DNA of 64,000 bases, from contig JBFFHS010000006.1 in NCBI GenBank assembly GCA_041556855.1, positions 819-64,818 of the forward strand, read 5' to 3'. The position numbers and the translations under genes are program-made. Origin of the DNA: Gammaproteobacteria bacterium (GTDB taxonomy: Bacteria; Pseudomonadota; Gammaproteobacteria; Steroidobacterales; JBFFHS01). Positions 46,100 to 55,766 of this stretch are shown here, in pieces. Every line of letters begins with the position of its first letter. The stretch's first letter is position 1. The notes under the pieces are model-generated. The model saw only the letters and a list, made by a program, of their open reading frames with translations. It made no database searches and was not told the origin of the DNA.

Positions 46100-49000
46100 C
46101 AGCGGTGCTCCGGCTTATGCAGAGCTGCACTGCCTGAGCAATTTCAGTTTTTTGCGTGGTGCCTCCCACCCGGAAGCGCTGATCCAGCGTGCCGCCGAAC
46201 TGGGCTATGAGGCATTGGCCTTGACCGACGAGTGCTCGGTAGCCGGTGTGGTCCGGGCTCATGCAGCGGCCAAATCCTTAAGCATCAAACTGATCATCGG
46301 CAGCGAATTGACGTTGGAAGATGGGCTTCAGGTTGTGGTGCTGGCTACCGACCGCGCCGCCTATGGCGATCTGTGCGAGCTGATCACGCAGGGTCGCCGG
46401 GCAGCAGCAAAGGGCGCCTATTCGCTGCAGCGCGAGGATTTACATGCCGCCCTGGCATCCAGCGGGTGCCTCATCCTGTGGCTGCCCGGCGAAGAAACGT
46501 CGGTGGCTGCCGGTCAGTGGCTGGCAAGGACCTTTCCCGGGCGGGTCTGGCTGGCCGTAGAGCTGCTGGCTACGGGGCATGATCAGCGGCTGCTGAAGCG
46601 CTGGTGCCATATGGCAGATCAGCTGGGTTTACCCGCAGTCGCCAGCGGCAACGTGCATATGCATGAGCATAGTCAGCACGCCCTGCAGGACACCGTAACG
46701 GCCATCCGGCAACGCACAACTCTGCAACAGGCAGGATTCGGTCTACATGCCAACGGCGAGCGCCATTTGCGCTCCCGGCGACGGTTAGGCGCACTCTATC
46801 CAAAGGAGCTGCTGGCCCAGACTCTGGAGATTGCCCAGCGCAGTCATTTTTCCCTGGATGAGCTGCGCTATGAATATCCCTATGAGCTGATTCCAGATCG
46901 CGAGACGCCGGCAAGTCACTTACGCAAGCTCACCGAGCAGGGTATGGCCTGGCGCTGGCCCAACGGTACGCCGGACAAGGTGTGTCAGCTGATCGAGCAT
47001 GAGCTTAAGCTCATCGCCGAGCTGAAATACGAACCCTATTTCCTGACCGTTCACGACATCATCCAGTTTGCCCGCCGCCAGGGCATTCTTTGTCAGGGTC
47101 GGGGCTCGGCCGCCAACTCCGCCGTGTGTTACTGCCTGGGTATTACGGAAGTGGATCCGGCGCGAATGGCCATGCTGGTAGAGCGTTTTATCTCCAAGGA
47201 ACGCAACGAGCCGCCAGATATCGACGTGGATTTCGAGCATGAGCGGCGCGAAGAGGTCATTCAGTACATCTATGAGAAATACGGCCGTGACCGGGCCGCG
47301 CTAGCCGCCACGGTCATGACCTATCGGGCTCGCAGCGCTGTGCGGGATGTGGGCAAAGCCCTGGGGCTCGGCGAGTATCAGGTAGATGCTCTGGCCAAGT
47401 CCCTGCAGTGGTGGGATGGGGGTGAGATTGACCCAGAGCGGCTGCGCGATATTGGGCTGGCGGCTAACAGCCCGCTGATTATCCAGTTCTTGCGGTTGGT
47501 GCGCAGCCTGATGGGCTTTCCGCGCCATTTGTCCCAGCACGTGGGTGGCTTCGTTATTTCCCAGGGTCCCCTGTGTCGCCTGGTTCCTATTGAAAATGCA
47601 GCGATGCCTGAACGCACCGTGATTCAGTGGGATAAGAATGACCTGGAAGAGTTGGGGCTGCTCAAGGTAGACGTGCTGGGCCTGGGGATGCTGTCCGCTA
47701 TCCGGCGCAGCTTCGAGTTGATCAAAACATTTTACGGTAAATCCATGAGCATGGCCGATGTGCCGGCTGAAGACCCCGCTGTTTACGACATGATTTGCGC
47801 CGCCGACACAATGGGCGTTTTTCAGATCGAATCCCGGGCCCAGATGGCTATGCTGCCGCGGCTCAAACCCCGTTGTTACTACGACCTGGTTATCGAGGTA
47901 GCCATCATTCGTCCGGGCCCGATCCAGGGCGATATGGTGCACCCCTATCTGCGCCGCCGAAACGGCGAAGAGCCGGTCGCCTATCCCAGCGCAGCCGTGG
48001 AGGAGGTGCTTCAGCGCACTTTAGGTGTTCCGATCTTTCAGGAGCAGGTGATGCAGCTGGCGATTGTGGCCGCGGGTTTCAGCGCCGGCGAGGCGGATGC
48101 TTTGCGGCGGGCGATGGCTGCCTGGAAGCGCCGCGGCGGCTTGGGTTCCTTCGAGAAACGGCTGATCCGCGGCATGCGTAAGCGCGGCTACAGTCAGAAA
48201 TTTGCTGAGCAAATCTTCCAGCAGATCCAAGGGTTCGGGGAATATGGTTTCCCTGAGTCCCATTCCGCTAGTTTTGCGTTGCTGGTGTATGTGTCCGCCT
48301 GGCTGAAATGCCATCAACCTGCCGTGTTCTTCTGCGCGTTGCTGAACAGCCAACCGATGGGCTTTTATGCGCCGGCCCAGTTGGTGCGCTGTGCCCGCGA
48401 GCACGGTGTAGAAGTCCGGCCTGTTGATGTGAATCACAGTGATTGGGATTCCAGCCTGGAGCGCGATGCCCTGGGCAGACCATTGCTGCGTCTGGGCTTA
48501 CGGCTGGTCAAGGGGTTCTCCCAGCGTGGTGCTGAGGCGCTCGTTGGGGCGCGCCGGTTGGGGGCGTTCAGCAGCGCCCAGGATCTGGCCGAGCGCAGCC
48601 GTTTGGGCCGCAAGGATCTGGGCGCGTTAGCGGCCGCCGACGCATACGCGGGTTTTACCAGTGATCGGCATCGAGCCCGCTGGGACGTGGCCGGGGTGCA
48701 GGCGCCAACAGCGCTGCTCGCGGAAATCCGTATCCCGGAAGCGGTGCCGCTGTTAAAGCCACCCTCGGAGGGTGACAATATCGTCGCCGACTATCGCCAT
48801 CTGGGCGTGAGTCTGCGCCGCCATCCTATGGCACTGCTGCGCGAGTCTCTGCAGGCCCTGCAGACCGTTACGGCGGCAGGCTTAAGAGAGTTTTGCTCCG
48901 GGGCACGAGTCTATACCGCTGGTCTGGTCATTAACCGGCAACGGCCGTCCAGTGCCAGCGGGGTCACCTTTGTGACGCTGGAGGATGAGACCGGCTATAT

Positions 49001-49184
49001 CAACCTTATTGTTTGGCAGACGCTGGCCGAGCAGCAGCGCAAGGTGCTTTTGGGTTCGTCGCTATTGGGCGTTCGGGGTGAGGTGCAACGGCAGGGGGAG
49101 GTTCTGCATGTGATTGCCCACGACCTGGAGGATAATAGCCGACTGCTGGGGCAGCTAACGCTGCCCTCGAGAGATTTCCGCTAG
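46083..49184 (+). CDS. dnaE2: error-prone DNA polymerase III alpha-like subunit DnaE2 (ImuC)
   Basis: A PHP-domain N-terminus (YAELHCLSNFSFLRGASHPEAL), the Pol III alpha core (GRGSAANSAVCYCLGITEVDP, PDIDVDFEH) and an OB fold are present. There is no tau/beta-binding tail. ATG 46083 overlaps the imuB end by 17 nt. Confidence 0.93.
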   Translation: MASSASSGAPAYAELHCLSNFSFLRGASHPEALIQRAAELGYEALALTDECSVAGVVRAHAAAKSLSIKLIIGSELTLEDGLQVVVLATDRAAYGDLCELITQGRRAAAKGAYSLQREDLHAALASSGCLILWLPGEETSVAAGQWLARTFPGRVWLAVELLATGHDQRLLKRWCHMADQLGLPAVASGNVHMHEHSQHALQDTVTAIRQRTTLQQAGFGLHANGERHLRSRRRLGALYPKELLAQTLEIAQRSHFSLDELRYEYPYELIPDRETPASHLRKLTEQGMAWRWPNGTPDKVCQLIEHELKLIAELKYEPYFLTVHDIIQFARRQGILCQGRGSAANSAVCYCLGITEVDPARMAMLVERFISKERNEPPDIDVDFEHERREEVIQYIYEKYGRDRAALAATVMTYRARSAVRDVGKALGLGEYQVDALAKSLQWWDGGEIDPERLRDIGLAANSPLIIQFLRLVRSLMGFPRHLSQHVGGFVISQGPLCRLVPIENAAMPERTVIQWDKNDLEELGLLKVDVLGLGMLSAIRRSFELIKTFYGKSMSMADVPAEDPAVYDMICAADTMGVFQIESRAQMAMLPRLKPRCYYDLVIEVAIIRPGPIQGDMVHPYLRRRNGEEPVAYPSAAVEEVLQRTLGVPIFQEQVMQLAIVAAGFSAGEADALRRAMAAWKRRGGLGSFEKRLIRGMRKRGYSQKFAEQIFQQIQGFGEYGFPESHSASFALLVYVSAWLKCHQPAVFFCALLNSQPMGFYAPAQLVRCAREHGVEVRPVDVNHSDWDSSLERDALGRPLLRLGLRLVKGFSQRGAEALVGARRLGAFSSAQDLAERSRLGRKDLGALAAADAYAGFTSDRHRARWDVAGVQAPTALLAEIRIPEAVPLLKPPSEGDNIVADYRHLGVSLRRHPMALLRESLQALQTVTAAGLREFCSGARVYTAGLVINRQRPSSASGVTFVTLEDETGYINLIVWQTLAEQQRKVLLGSSLLGVRGEVQRQGEVLHVIAHDLEDNSRLLGQLTLPSRDFR

Positions 49185-49199
49185 GTTTCGGGGCGGCCC

Positions 49200-49463
49200 C
49201 TAAATGTCGTAGTCGTCGAAATCTTCCAACTCACGAGCGGCGCGTTTCTGTTCCATCATCTCTTCGAGTCTGCGCCGTGCCGCCTCCGGACCCTGGCCTT
49301 CACTGCTCAGAAGACCATCCACTTCCAGATCGTGCAGCAGCGCTTCTACGTTGATTTCCACGGAAACATCGCCGACGTTGTCCGTCGACTCACGCACGAT
49401 GGTGGGTTCGTCAAACTCGTCTTCAGGCTCGAAACCGGTAGCCTCAACCTCACTCATATCCAC
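49200..49463 (-). CDS. small highly acidic hypothetical protein
   Basis: This 87-aa ORF has 28 D/E residues by count and ends RRRLEEMMEQKRAARELEDFDDYDI. It may be related to the small acidic 'PA3496-type' proteins, but that recollection is low-confidence. Confidence 0.5.
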   Translation of the reverse strand: MDMSEVEATGFEPEDEFDEPTIVRESTDNVGDVSVEINVEALLHDLEVDGLLSSEGQGPEAARRRLEEMMEQKRAARELEDFDDYDI

Positions 49464-49622
49464 CCCTCCCTACCAGGCGGAAGACACAAAGTGTTATTAC
49501 GTTTAAAGCTTGAACGCCGCTGTTATAGCGCTAAGTCAAGGTCTTGGCAATGACGAAATTCGTAACTTGTGAAGTGGTCCACAATGCCGCATAAAAACGG
49601 AAGATTTTCAGCACATTAGACG

Positions 49623-50840
49623 TCAGGCAACCAGCTGGTTGATCTGGAAAATAGGTAGCAGAATGGCCATCACGATCAATAAGACAACCAGCCCCATAAA
49701 GACGATCAGGGCCGGCTCCAAGGTCCCCAGCAGCGTATTGATCAGCGAGTTCATCTCGCTTTCCTGGTGAGCCGCGGCACGCTCCAGCATGCTGTCCAGC
49801 TCGCCACTGGCTTCGCCGCTGGAAATAAGGTGGATGCTCATGGGCGGAAACAGCCGGCTCACCGCCAGGGCCCGGCCAATGGCGCCACCCTCGCGAACCT
49901 TTACGGCCGCTTCGTCGATCGCGTCGCGCATGGGTAGATTGGTGACCACCGAGGCCCCGATGCGTAACGCCTCCAGCACCGGCACACCGCTGCTGGAAAG
50001 AATACTCAGGGTGCGGGTGAAGCGTGCCGTGTTCAGGCCACGAACCAGGCGGCCTACCAGCGGCAGGCTGAGCAATGAGCGGTGGTAGCGGCGGCGTGGC
50101 CCGGGCTCCTTGAGAATCCGCCGAATAGCCAGGGTTATGCCCACCACCAGCAGCAGTATCAGCCACCACCAATCCCGCAGGAAGTCGCTGGTGGCGATCA
50201 GTACGGTCGTCAGCAGCGGCAGCTCGTTACCCGTGTTTTCAAACACGCTGATGACCTTCGGTACCACGTAAACCAGCATGGCAGTGATGATGCCGAAGGC
50301 CATGGTGGTCAGCACGATGGGATAGATCATGGCGTGGCTGACCTGCTGCCGCAGCGCCTGGCGTGACTCGGTGTAGTCGGCGAGCCGTTCCAGCACCGCA
50401 TCCAAGTGACCCGCCTGTTCGCCCGCCGCCACGGTGGCTCGGTAAACCTCCGGAAAGGCCCGGGGAAATTCCTCCAGGCCGGCGGCCAGCGTATGGCCTT
50501 CCATAACCTTTGCCCGAACGCCAAGCATAATGGTCTTCAAGCGGGGTTTGTCGGTTTGCTCACTGACGGCTTGCAGTGCCTCTTCCAGCGGCATTCCGGC
50601 GCGTGCCAGGGTCGCTAGCTGGCGGGTCAAGAGGGCCAGATCCAGGGCAGAAACCCCTCGCCGCGCGGAAAGCTTGGTTCCAGTCCGGCGTTCTTGCTGC
50701 GACGCCACCTCAGCCACCGTGACGGGCATGAGCTTGCGCTCACGCAGCAGCTGGCGCACCTGGCGCGCGGTATCTCCTTCCAGAACGCCTTTGCGCTCTT
50801 TCCCCCGGGTGTCTACGGCGACGTATTGATAAGCGCCCAT
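49623..50840 (-). CDS. gspF: type II secretion system inner-membrane platform protein GspF
   Basis: 405 aa, starting MGAYQYVAVDTRGKERKGVLEGDTARQVRQLLRERKLMPV, with two T2SSF repeats and 3 TM segments. The ATGA overlap with gspE is present. Confidence 0.93.
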   Translation of the reverse strand: MGAYQYVAVDTRGKERKGVLEGDTARQVRQLLRERKLMPVTVAEVASQQERRTGTKLSARRGVSALDLALLTRQLATLARAGMPLEEALQAVSEQTDKPRLKTIMLGVRAKVMEGHTLAAGLEEFPRAFPEVYRATVAAGEQAGHLDAVLERLADYTESRQALRQQVSHAMIYPIVLTTMAFGIITAMLVYVVPKVISVFENTGNELPLLTTVLIATSDFLRDWWWLILLLVVGITLAIRRILKEPGPRRRYHRSLLSLPLVGRLVRGLNTARFTRTLSILSSSGVPVLEALRIGASVVTNLPMRDAIDEAAVKVREGGAIGRALAVSRLFPPMSIHLISSGEASGELDSMLERAAAHQESEMNSLINTLLGTLEPALIVFMGLVVLLIVMAILLPIFQINQLVA

Positions 50841-52333
50841 CAGTCAGCCCGGGTGACGCGCAGCACCTCCTCCAGCGTGGTGGTGCCGGCCAGTACTTTC
50901 TGCCGGCCATCCTCCCGAATACTGGGTCCCTGGCTGCGGGCATAGTGCTCAAGTTCGTGTTCGCCAGCGCCGTCGTGAATCATGGTGCGCATGGTGTCAT
51001 CGACCGCGATGAGCTCGTAGATACCGGTCCTGCCCCTGAATCCCGCGTCGCCGTTTACCGGTCGATAGAGGGTCGCAGGCTGGTCAGGCTCCAGATCCAG
51101 CATACGACATTCGTATTCGCCGGCCGGGTACGCTTCCCGGGTATCGGTATCCAGGACCCGTACCAGCCGCTGGGCCAGCACTCCGATCAGGCTCGACGAC
51201 AACAGGAAGGGCTCGACCCCCATGTCGCGCAGACGGGTCACCGCGCCTACCGCAGTATTTGTATGCAGCGTCGACAGAACCAGGTGCCCGGTCAAGCTGG
51301 CTTGCACTGCGATCTCGGCGGTCTCCAAGTCGCGGATTTCGCCCACCATCACGACGTCCGGGTCCTGGCGCAGGATCGCCCGGAGGCCGCGGGCAAAGGT
51401 CATTTCCACCTTGGTGTTGACCTGGGTTTGACCAATCCCGTCGATGTAATACTCGATGGGGTCTTCCACGGTCATGATGTTGCGGCTCAAGTCGTTGATG
51501 CGCTCCAGCGCCGCGTACAGGGTGGTGGTCTTGCCGGAGCCGGTGGGGCCAGTTACGAGAATGATGCCGTGGGGCTTGTGTATGAGCTCATCCACGGTGG
51601 TTTGAATTGCCGGGGCCATGCCCAAGCTGTCCAAGTCGAGTCGGCCCGCCTGCTTGTCCAGCAGCCGCAGCACGACCCGCTCACCATGCCCGGAGGGCAA
51701 AGTGGAGACCCGCACGTCCACGGCGCGCCCGGCAATTCGGAGGGAGATCCGGCCGTCCTGAGGCAGGCGTTTCTCCGCGATGTCCAACTTGGACATGACT
51801 TTGATGCGGGATACCACCAGCGGTGCCACGGCGCGGCGGGATTGCAGAACTTCCCGCAGCACACCATCGATGCGAAATCGCACGACCAGCCGGTTCTCGT
51901 AGGGCTCGATGTGAATGTCCGAAGCGTTGTCTTTGACGGCCTGAGTAAGCACGGCATTGATCAGGCGGATAATAGGCGCGTCATCCTCGCTTTCCAGAAG
52001 ATCCGATGGTTCAGGCAGCTGGTTGGCTACCTCGTCCAGGTCCTCCGTTTCCTCATCGAACCCTTGCACCATCTGCATCGCGGCGCCGCCTTCGTAGGCC
52101 GTCTGCAGCAGCGTGTCGAAGGTGTCTTCATCCACAGGCGTCAAGACAACCGGCACGCCGGCAAAACGCCGCAGCTCCGCAAGAGTCAACTGGGACACAC
52201 CTGGACGGAAGACGGCGTCCGCCTGGCCATTCTGGTAGTCCCGGATCAGTACCCCGTGGCGTTTCGCAAACGCAAACGGCAGGCGTTTTCCAACGTCTCG
52301 TTGTGCAACGAGGGCCTCAGGCTCAGCTGCCAT
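50840..52333 (-). CDS. gspE: type II secretion system ATPase GspE
   Basis: Walker A GPTGSGKTT, an Asp box, Walker B and the tetracysteine-free C-terminus are present, with an N-terminal GspE N1 domain (LPFAFAKRHGVL). Confidence 0.95.
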   Translation of the reverse strand: MAAEPEALVAQRDVGKRLPFAFAKRHGVLIRDYQNGQADAVFRPGVSQLTLAELRRFAGVPVVLTPVDEDTFDTLLQTAYEGGAAMQMVQGFDEETEDLDEVANQLPEPSDLLESEDDAPIIRLINAVLTQAVKDNASDIHIEPYENRLVVRFRIDGVLREVLQSRRAVAPLVVSRIKVMSKLDIAEKRLPQDGRISLRIAGRAVDVRVSTLPSGHGERVVLRLLDKQAGRLDLDSLGMAPAIQTTVDELIHKPHGIILVTGPTGSGKTTTLYAALERINDLSRNIMTVEDPIEYYIDGIGQTQVNTKVEMTFARGLRAILRQDPDVVMVGEIRDLETAEIAVQASLTGHLVLSTLHTNTAVGAVTRLRDMGVEPFLLSSSLIGVLAQRLVRVLDTDTREAYPAGEYECRMLDLEPDQPATLYRPVNGDAGFRGRTGIYELIAVDDTMRTMIHDGAGEHELEHYARSQGPSIREDGRQKVLAGTTTLEEVLRVTRAD

Positions 52334-54305
52334 CGTCCGTAATCTCTCCCTGGTCGTCGGAGTCTTCAGAAGCGGTCTGGGGCTGCGGCCGTGCGGCTGG
52401 CAGTTCCGGTAGGACCGGGCGTTGCTGTTCGCGCATCAGTCGAATATTTCTCTGGCCTTGCTCGATCTGTAGATCACGAATGTAGTTGTATTTGGCATTG
52501 GATTCGAAACGGGCCTGCACACCGTCCCGGAGGATGGTCGGTTTGATGAAAACCATTAGATTGGTCTTGAGCTTCTCCGTTGAGCGGGCACGGAACAGCG
52601 CCCCCAAAATGGGGAGGTTGCCCAGAACCGGCACCCGCTGCTCGCTTTCGCGCACCGTGTCGTCGATCAATCCGCCCAGCACCAGCACGTCCGTATCTTC
52701 TACGAAGACCGAGGTTGAGATGGTGCGGTTGTTGGTGATCAGGTCAACGGCACCGGAGGCACCCTGGCTGATGCTGGAGGTCTCCTGTTCGATCTTCAGC
52801 AGTACGCCGCTGCCTTCGTTGATCTGGGGCGTGATTTTCAGGCTGGTGCCAACCTCTTCCCGCTGAATTGTCTGGAACGGATTCACGGCGCCTGCGGCCG
52901 CGCCGGTATTCGTGAACGAACCGGTCAGGAAAGGCACCTCCTGGCCTACTTTTATCTCCGCTTCCTGGTTATCCATGGTCACGATGGTGGGCGTTGAGAT
53001 AATGTTGGTGTTGGCATCGCCGGCCAGGGCCGAGATGATTGCCGCGAAGCTGGTGCCGTCGTCCCGGAGTCGGCCCACGCCAAGGGTAATGCCCTCCGGC
53101 AGCACGCTGGGGTCGGCAACTTCGCCGCCCGCGGCCGTGGCCAGCTGGACGATCCCGGGGACGGTTGATCCGAAATTAGTCAGGCCAATGGCGTTGTCGC
53201 CGTCACTGCCGTCCACCGCCCAGGTCACGCCGAGCTCAGCAGCTCGGTCGTCGGTGATCTCCACAATGATGGCCTCTACCAGCACCTGGGCGCGGCGGAT
53301 GTCGAGCTTATCCACGACCACCATCATGTCGCGCATGCTCTTGGGCGGCGCGGTGACCACCAGCGCATTGGTGGGTTCGTCGGCCCAGATCTGAATTTCA
53401 GTCCCTGGCGCGGGAGCCGCGCCACCCTGACCACCAGCCGCCGCGCCGCCGAACTGGGTCTGCAGTTTGGTGGCCAGTTCCTCCGCGTCGGCGTAGTTGA
53501 GATAGCGTACTTGGGTGTCGCCGCCGTCCTCGGTTGGTGTGTCCAGATGAGACACCAGCGCGCGCATGCGCAAACGGCCGTTTTTCGACCCGCCGATCAG
53601 GACGCTGTTGGTGCGGTCGTCCGCCACGATCTGCATAGACGGCGCGCCCCCGGCCGCCTGGGTAGCCTGGTTCAACGCGGATAGCATCCGCACCACCTCC
53701 GCTGCCGAGGCATGCTCCAGTGGGATGACCTCGATTTCCTCGTCGCCGGCTTGATCAATGCGATCGATGATGCGCATCAGCCTGCGAACATTTGCACCCC
53801 GGTCGGAAATGATCAGCATGTTCGAGGCGGGATGGGCGGCAAGATGACCGTACTGAGGGATCAGCGGTCGCAGAATGGGTACCAGCTGCGCTGCACCCAC
53901 GTTGCGCAACATCAGCGTCTGGGTGACCAACTGGTCGCCACTGGCGCTGGTGGGGCCGGGAAACTGGCGAGCGTTGGCATCGGGCACGATCTTGGTGATC
54001 TCACCCGAGGGCACCGCCACGAAGCCGTGTACCTGCAGAATGGACAGAAACGTCTCATAGAATGCGTCCGCGCTCATGGGCGTGGCCGACAGCATGGTGA
54101 CTTGCGCCTTGACGCGCGGATCCAGTACGAAGTTCTTGCCCGTGACCTCGCTGACCGCTTCGACGATCTGTCGGATATCGGCTTCGCGGTAGTTGGGCTT
54201 GATCATCGCCTCGTCTTCCTGGGCCTTGACCGCGGGGAGGAACCAGCTCAAAGCCATGACCAAAACGATCGCGAGGGCGGCATGATGATGTTTGTGCGCT
54301 GTCAT
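52323..54305 (-). CDS. gspD: type II secretion system secretin GspD
   Basis: A signal peptide, N0-N3 domains and the secretin domain (VLVLGGLIDD...VPVLGNLPILGALFR) are present in 660 aa. Confidence 0.95.
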   Translation of the reverse strand: MTAHKHHHAALAIVLVMALSWFLPAVKAQEDEAMIKPNYREADIRQIVEAVSEVTGKNFVLDPRVKAQVTMLSATPMSADAFYETFLSILQVHGFVAVPSGEITKIVPDANARQFPGPTSASGDQLVTQTLMLRNVGAAQLVPILRPLIPQYGHLAAHPASNMLIISDRGANVRRLMRIIDRIDQAGDEEIEVIPLEHASAAEVVRMLSALNQATQAAGGAPSMQIVADDRTNSVLIGGSKNGRLRMRALVSHLDTPTEDGGDTQVRYLNYADAEELATKLQTQFGGAAAGGQGGAAPAPGTEIQIWADEPTNALVVTAPPKSMRDMMVVVDKLDIRRAQVLVEAIIVEITDDRAAELGVTWAVDGSDGDNAIGLTNFGSTVPGIVQLATAAGGEVADPSVLPEGITLGVGRLRDDGTSFAAIISALAGDANTNIISTPTIVTMDNQEAEIKVGQEVPFLTGSFTNTGAAAGAVNPFQTIQREEVGTSLKITPQINEGSGVLLKIEQETSSISQGASGAVDLITNNRTISTSVFVEDTDVLVLGGLIDDTVRESEQRVPVLGNLPILGALFRARSTEKLKTNLMVFIKPTILRDGVQARFESNAKYNYIRDLQIEQGQRNIRLMREQQRPVLPELPAARPQPQTASEDSDDQGEITDDGS

Positions 54306-54326
54306 GAGACGTCCTTGTGTTCGTTC

Positions 54327-55259
54327 TTACTCGCGTTGCTGATCCAATTCACCGAGAGAACTGGTGTCTATCACCAGGACCTCGTCCTGGCCTCCACGGC
54401 GCACGGTTACCGTTGCCTGGGTAGACTCACCCAATGCTTCGAACACCTGGAGGCCGGCGCTGGGGTCGGTCATGGCCGTGCCATTGATATCAGTGACGAC
54501 GTCACCTGGGCGCAGCCCCAGCGAGGCGAATTGCTGCCGGTCGCGACCCGGGTTAATCCGGAAACCCACCATCTGCCCCTGTTCCATGTGGGGTGCCACG
54601 CGGATGATGTCTGAGATCTTCGACGCGTTTGATGCAATGACGTTTCGCAGCGAACTCTCCGTTGGGGTAGGCCGTGCCCGCGTCGGCACATTGGCGCGCC
54701 CGCGCGCTGCTGCAGCGAACTCCTTGGGTAGCCGCAGCGCTTCCAGAATGCCGCCGCGATTCAGAATGACCCGATCGTCCTGAACCTCGTGGACTTTCGC
54801 GCCGCCGGGAACCGCATCGCCAACCTTATAAAGTTTCTCCTGGCCCCGGTTGTCCGCGACGATCGCTAATCCGCCGCTGGGATCGTCTCCCGCGATGATG
54901 CCTCGCAGCTTGAGGCTCAGGCGGGTCTCTGGCGCGTCTTCGACCTGCTGGACGACCGGCGCGGGTGTTGCGCTGGCCTCGCCGAATAGATGCGCGCCCA
55001 GCACGGGTTCCAGGTCCAGCGGCGCGGCCGAGCGAGCTGCGCTCGGGGCGGGGGCTACGACAATATTGGGCGCGAGCTCACCAGCGGGCATCAGCAGCCA
55101 GGTGACTTCCGCAAGCTTGTACGCGGCCGCAATCACCACCAGCGCGGTGACCCAGGGCGGCAGCACGCGGCCGGCGGTTGCGGCCCACTGGCCCGGATCC
55201 TGGGCCACCAACTGGCTTATTCGCTGTGCAATCATCGAGTTGCCCGCGGAGCCGGCCAC
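54327..55259 (-). CDS. gspC: type II secretion system protein GspC (PDZ-containing)
   Basis: An N-terminal TM segment (LPPWVTALVVIAAAYKLAEVTWLL), an HR domain and a C-terminal PDZ (LGLRPGDVVTDINGTAMTDP) are present upstream of gspD. Confidence 0.85.
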   Translation of the reverse strand: MAGSAGNSMIAQRISQLVAQDPGQWAATAGRVLPPWVTALVVIAAAYKLAEVTWLLMPAGELAPNIVVAPAPSAARSAAPLDLEPVLGAHLFGEASATPAPVVQQVEDAPETRLSLKLRGIIAGDDPSGGLAIVADNRGQEKLYKVGDAVPGGAKVHEVQDDRVILNRGGILEALRLPKEFAAAARGRANVPTRARPTPTESSLRNVIASNASKISDIIRVAPHMEQGQMVGFRINPGRDRQQFASLGLRPGDVVTDINGTAMTDPSAGLQVFEALGESTQATVTVRRGGQDEVLVIDTSSLGELDQQRE

Positions 55260-55436
55260 GTGGCCGAGTCCCAGTTAAACAAAGGATGATATCGGCTTCT
55301 TGCCTGATTTCACAAGGTATTTTGTCTCAGTTTCCTCGTAATACTGGACGACTGGAGTCACAAGCTGAGAAACTACTTGAGGTACTCGAACGCACGGTCC
55401 TTGTAAACTGAGAGAGCTAAACCTATATATGGCGCT

Positions 55437-55766
55437 ATGTCCGATCAGGACCCCCGCATCGGTCAGGATGACGATCACGGCCTCGCCATTGAGGAGGCTC
55501 GGCCGCGGCTCAAGAAACCCCCGTTGTATCGAGTGGTGTTATTGAACGATGACTATACCCCTATGGAGTTCGTCGTAGAGGTGTTGCAGAAGGTGTTCTC
55601 AATGGACAGAACCAATGCAACCCGCATCATGTTGGAGGTTCATACCAAGGGCAAGGGCGTCTGCGGTGTCTACACCTATGAGATCGCGGAGACCAAGGTG
55701 GCCCAGGTTACTGGTCTCGCGCAGCAGCACCAGCATCCGCTGTTATGCACTATGGAAGAGACTTAA
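55437..55766 (+). CDS. clpS: ATP-dependent Clp protease adaptor ClpS
   Basis: [27 protein letters not shown] is present in 109 aa. Confidence 0.96.
   Translation: MSDQDPRIGQDDDHGLAIEEARPRLKKPPLYRVVLLNDDYTPMEFVVEVLQKVFSMDRTNATRIMLEVHTKGKGVCGVYTYEIAETKVAQVTGLAQQHQHPLLCTMEET

Noticed and set aside
43196-49184. I considered whether the whole lexA-imuA-imuB-dnaE2 cassette is a recent horizontally acquired island, based on low GC.
   Set aside because: Hand counts of 120-nt samples give about 50% GC at the lexA 5' end and about 54% at the imuA 5' end. Samples from imuB (about 65%) and dnaE2 (about 62%) match the flanks (60-63%). No integrase, tRNA or direct repeats are present, so evidence for recent transfer is insufficient.
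50945-52342. A 465-aa ORF on the plus strand runs nearly the full length of gspE, antisense to it.
   Set aside because: The translation is Arg/Gly/His/Gln-rich with no recognisable motifs. The opposite strand encodes an unmistakable GspE ATPase. Long stop-free antisense frames are expected in high-GC coding DNA.
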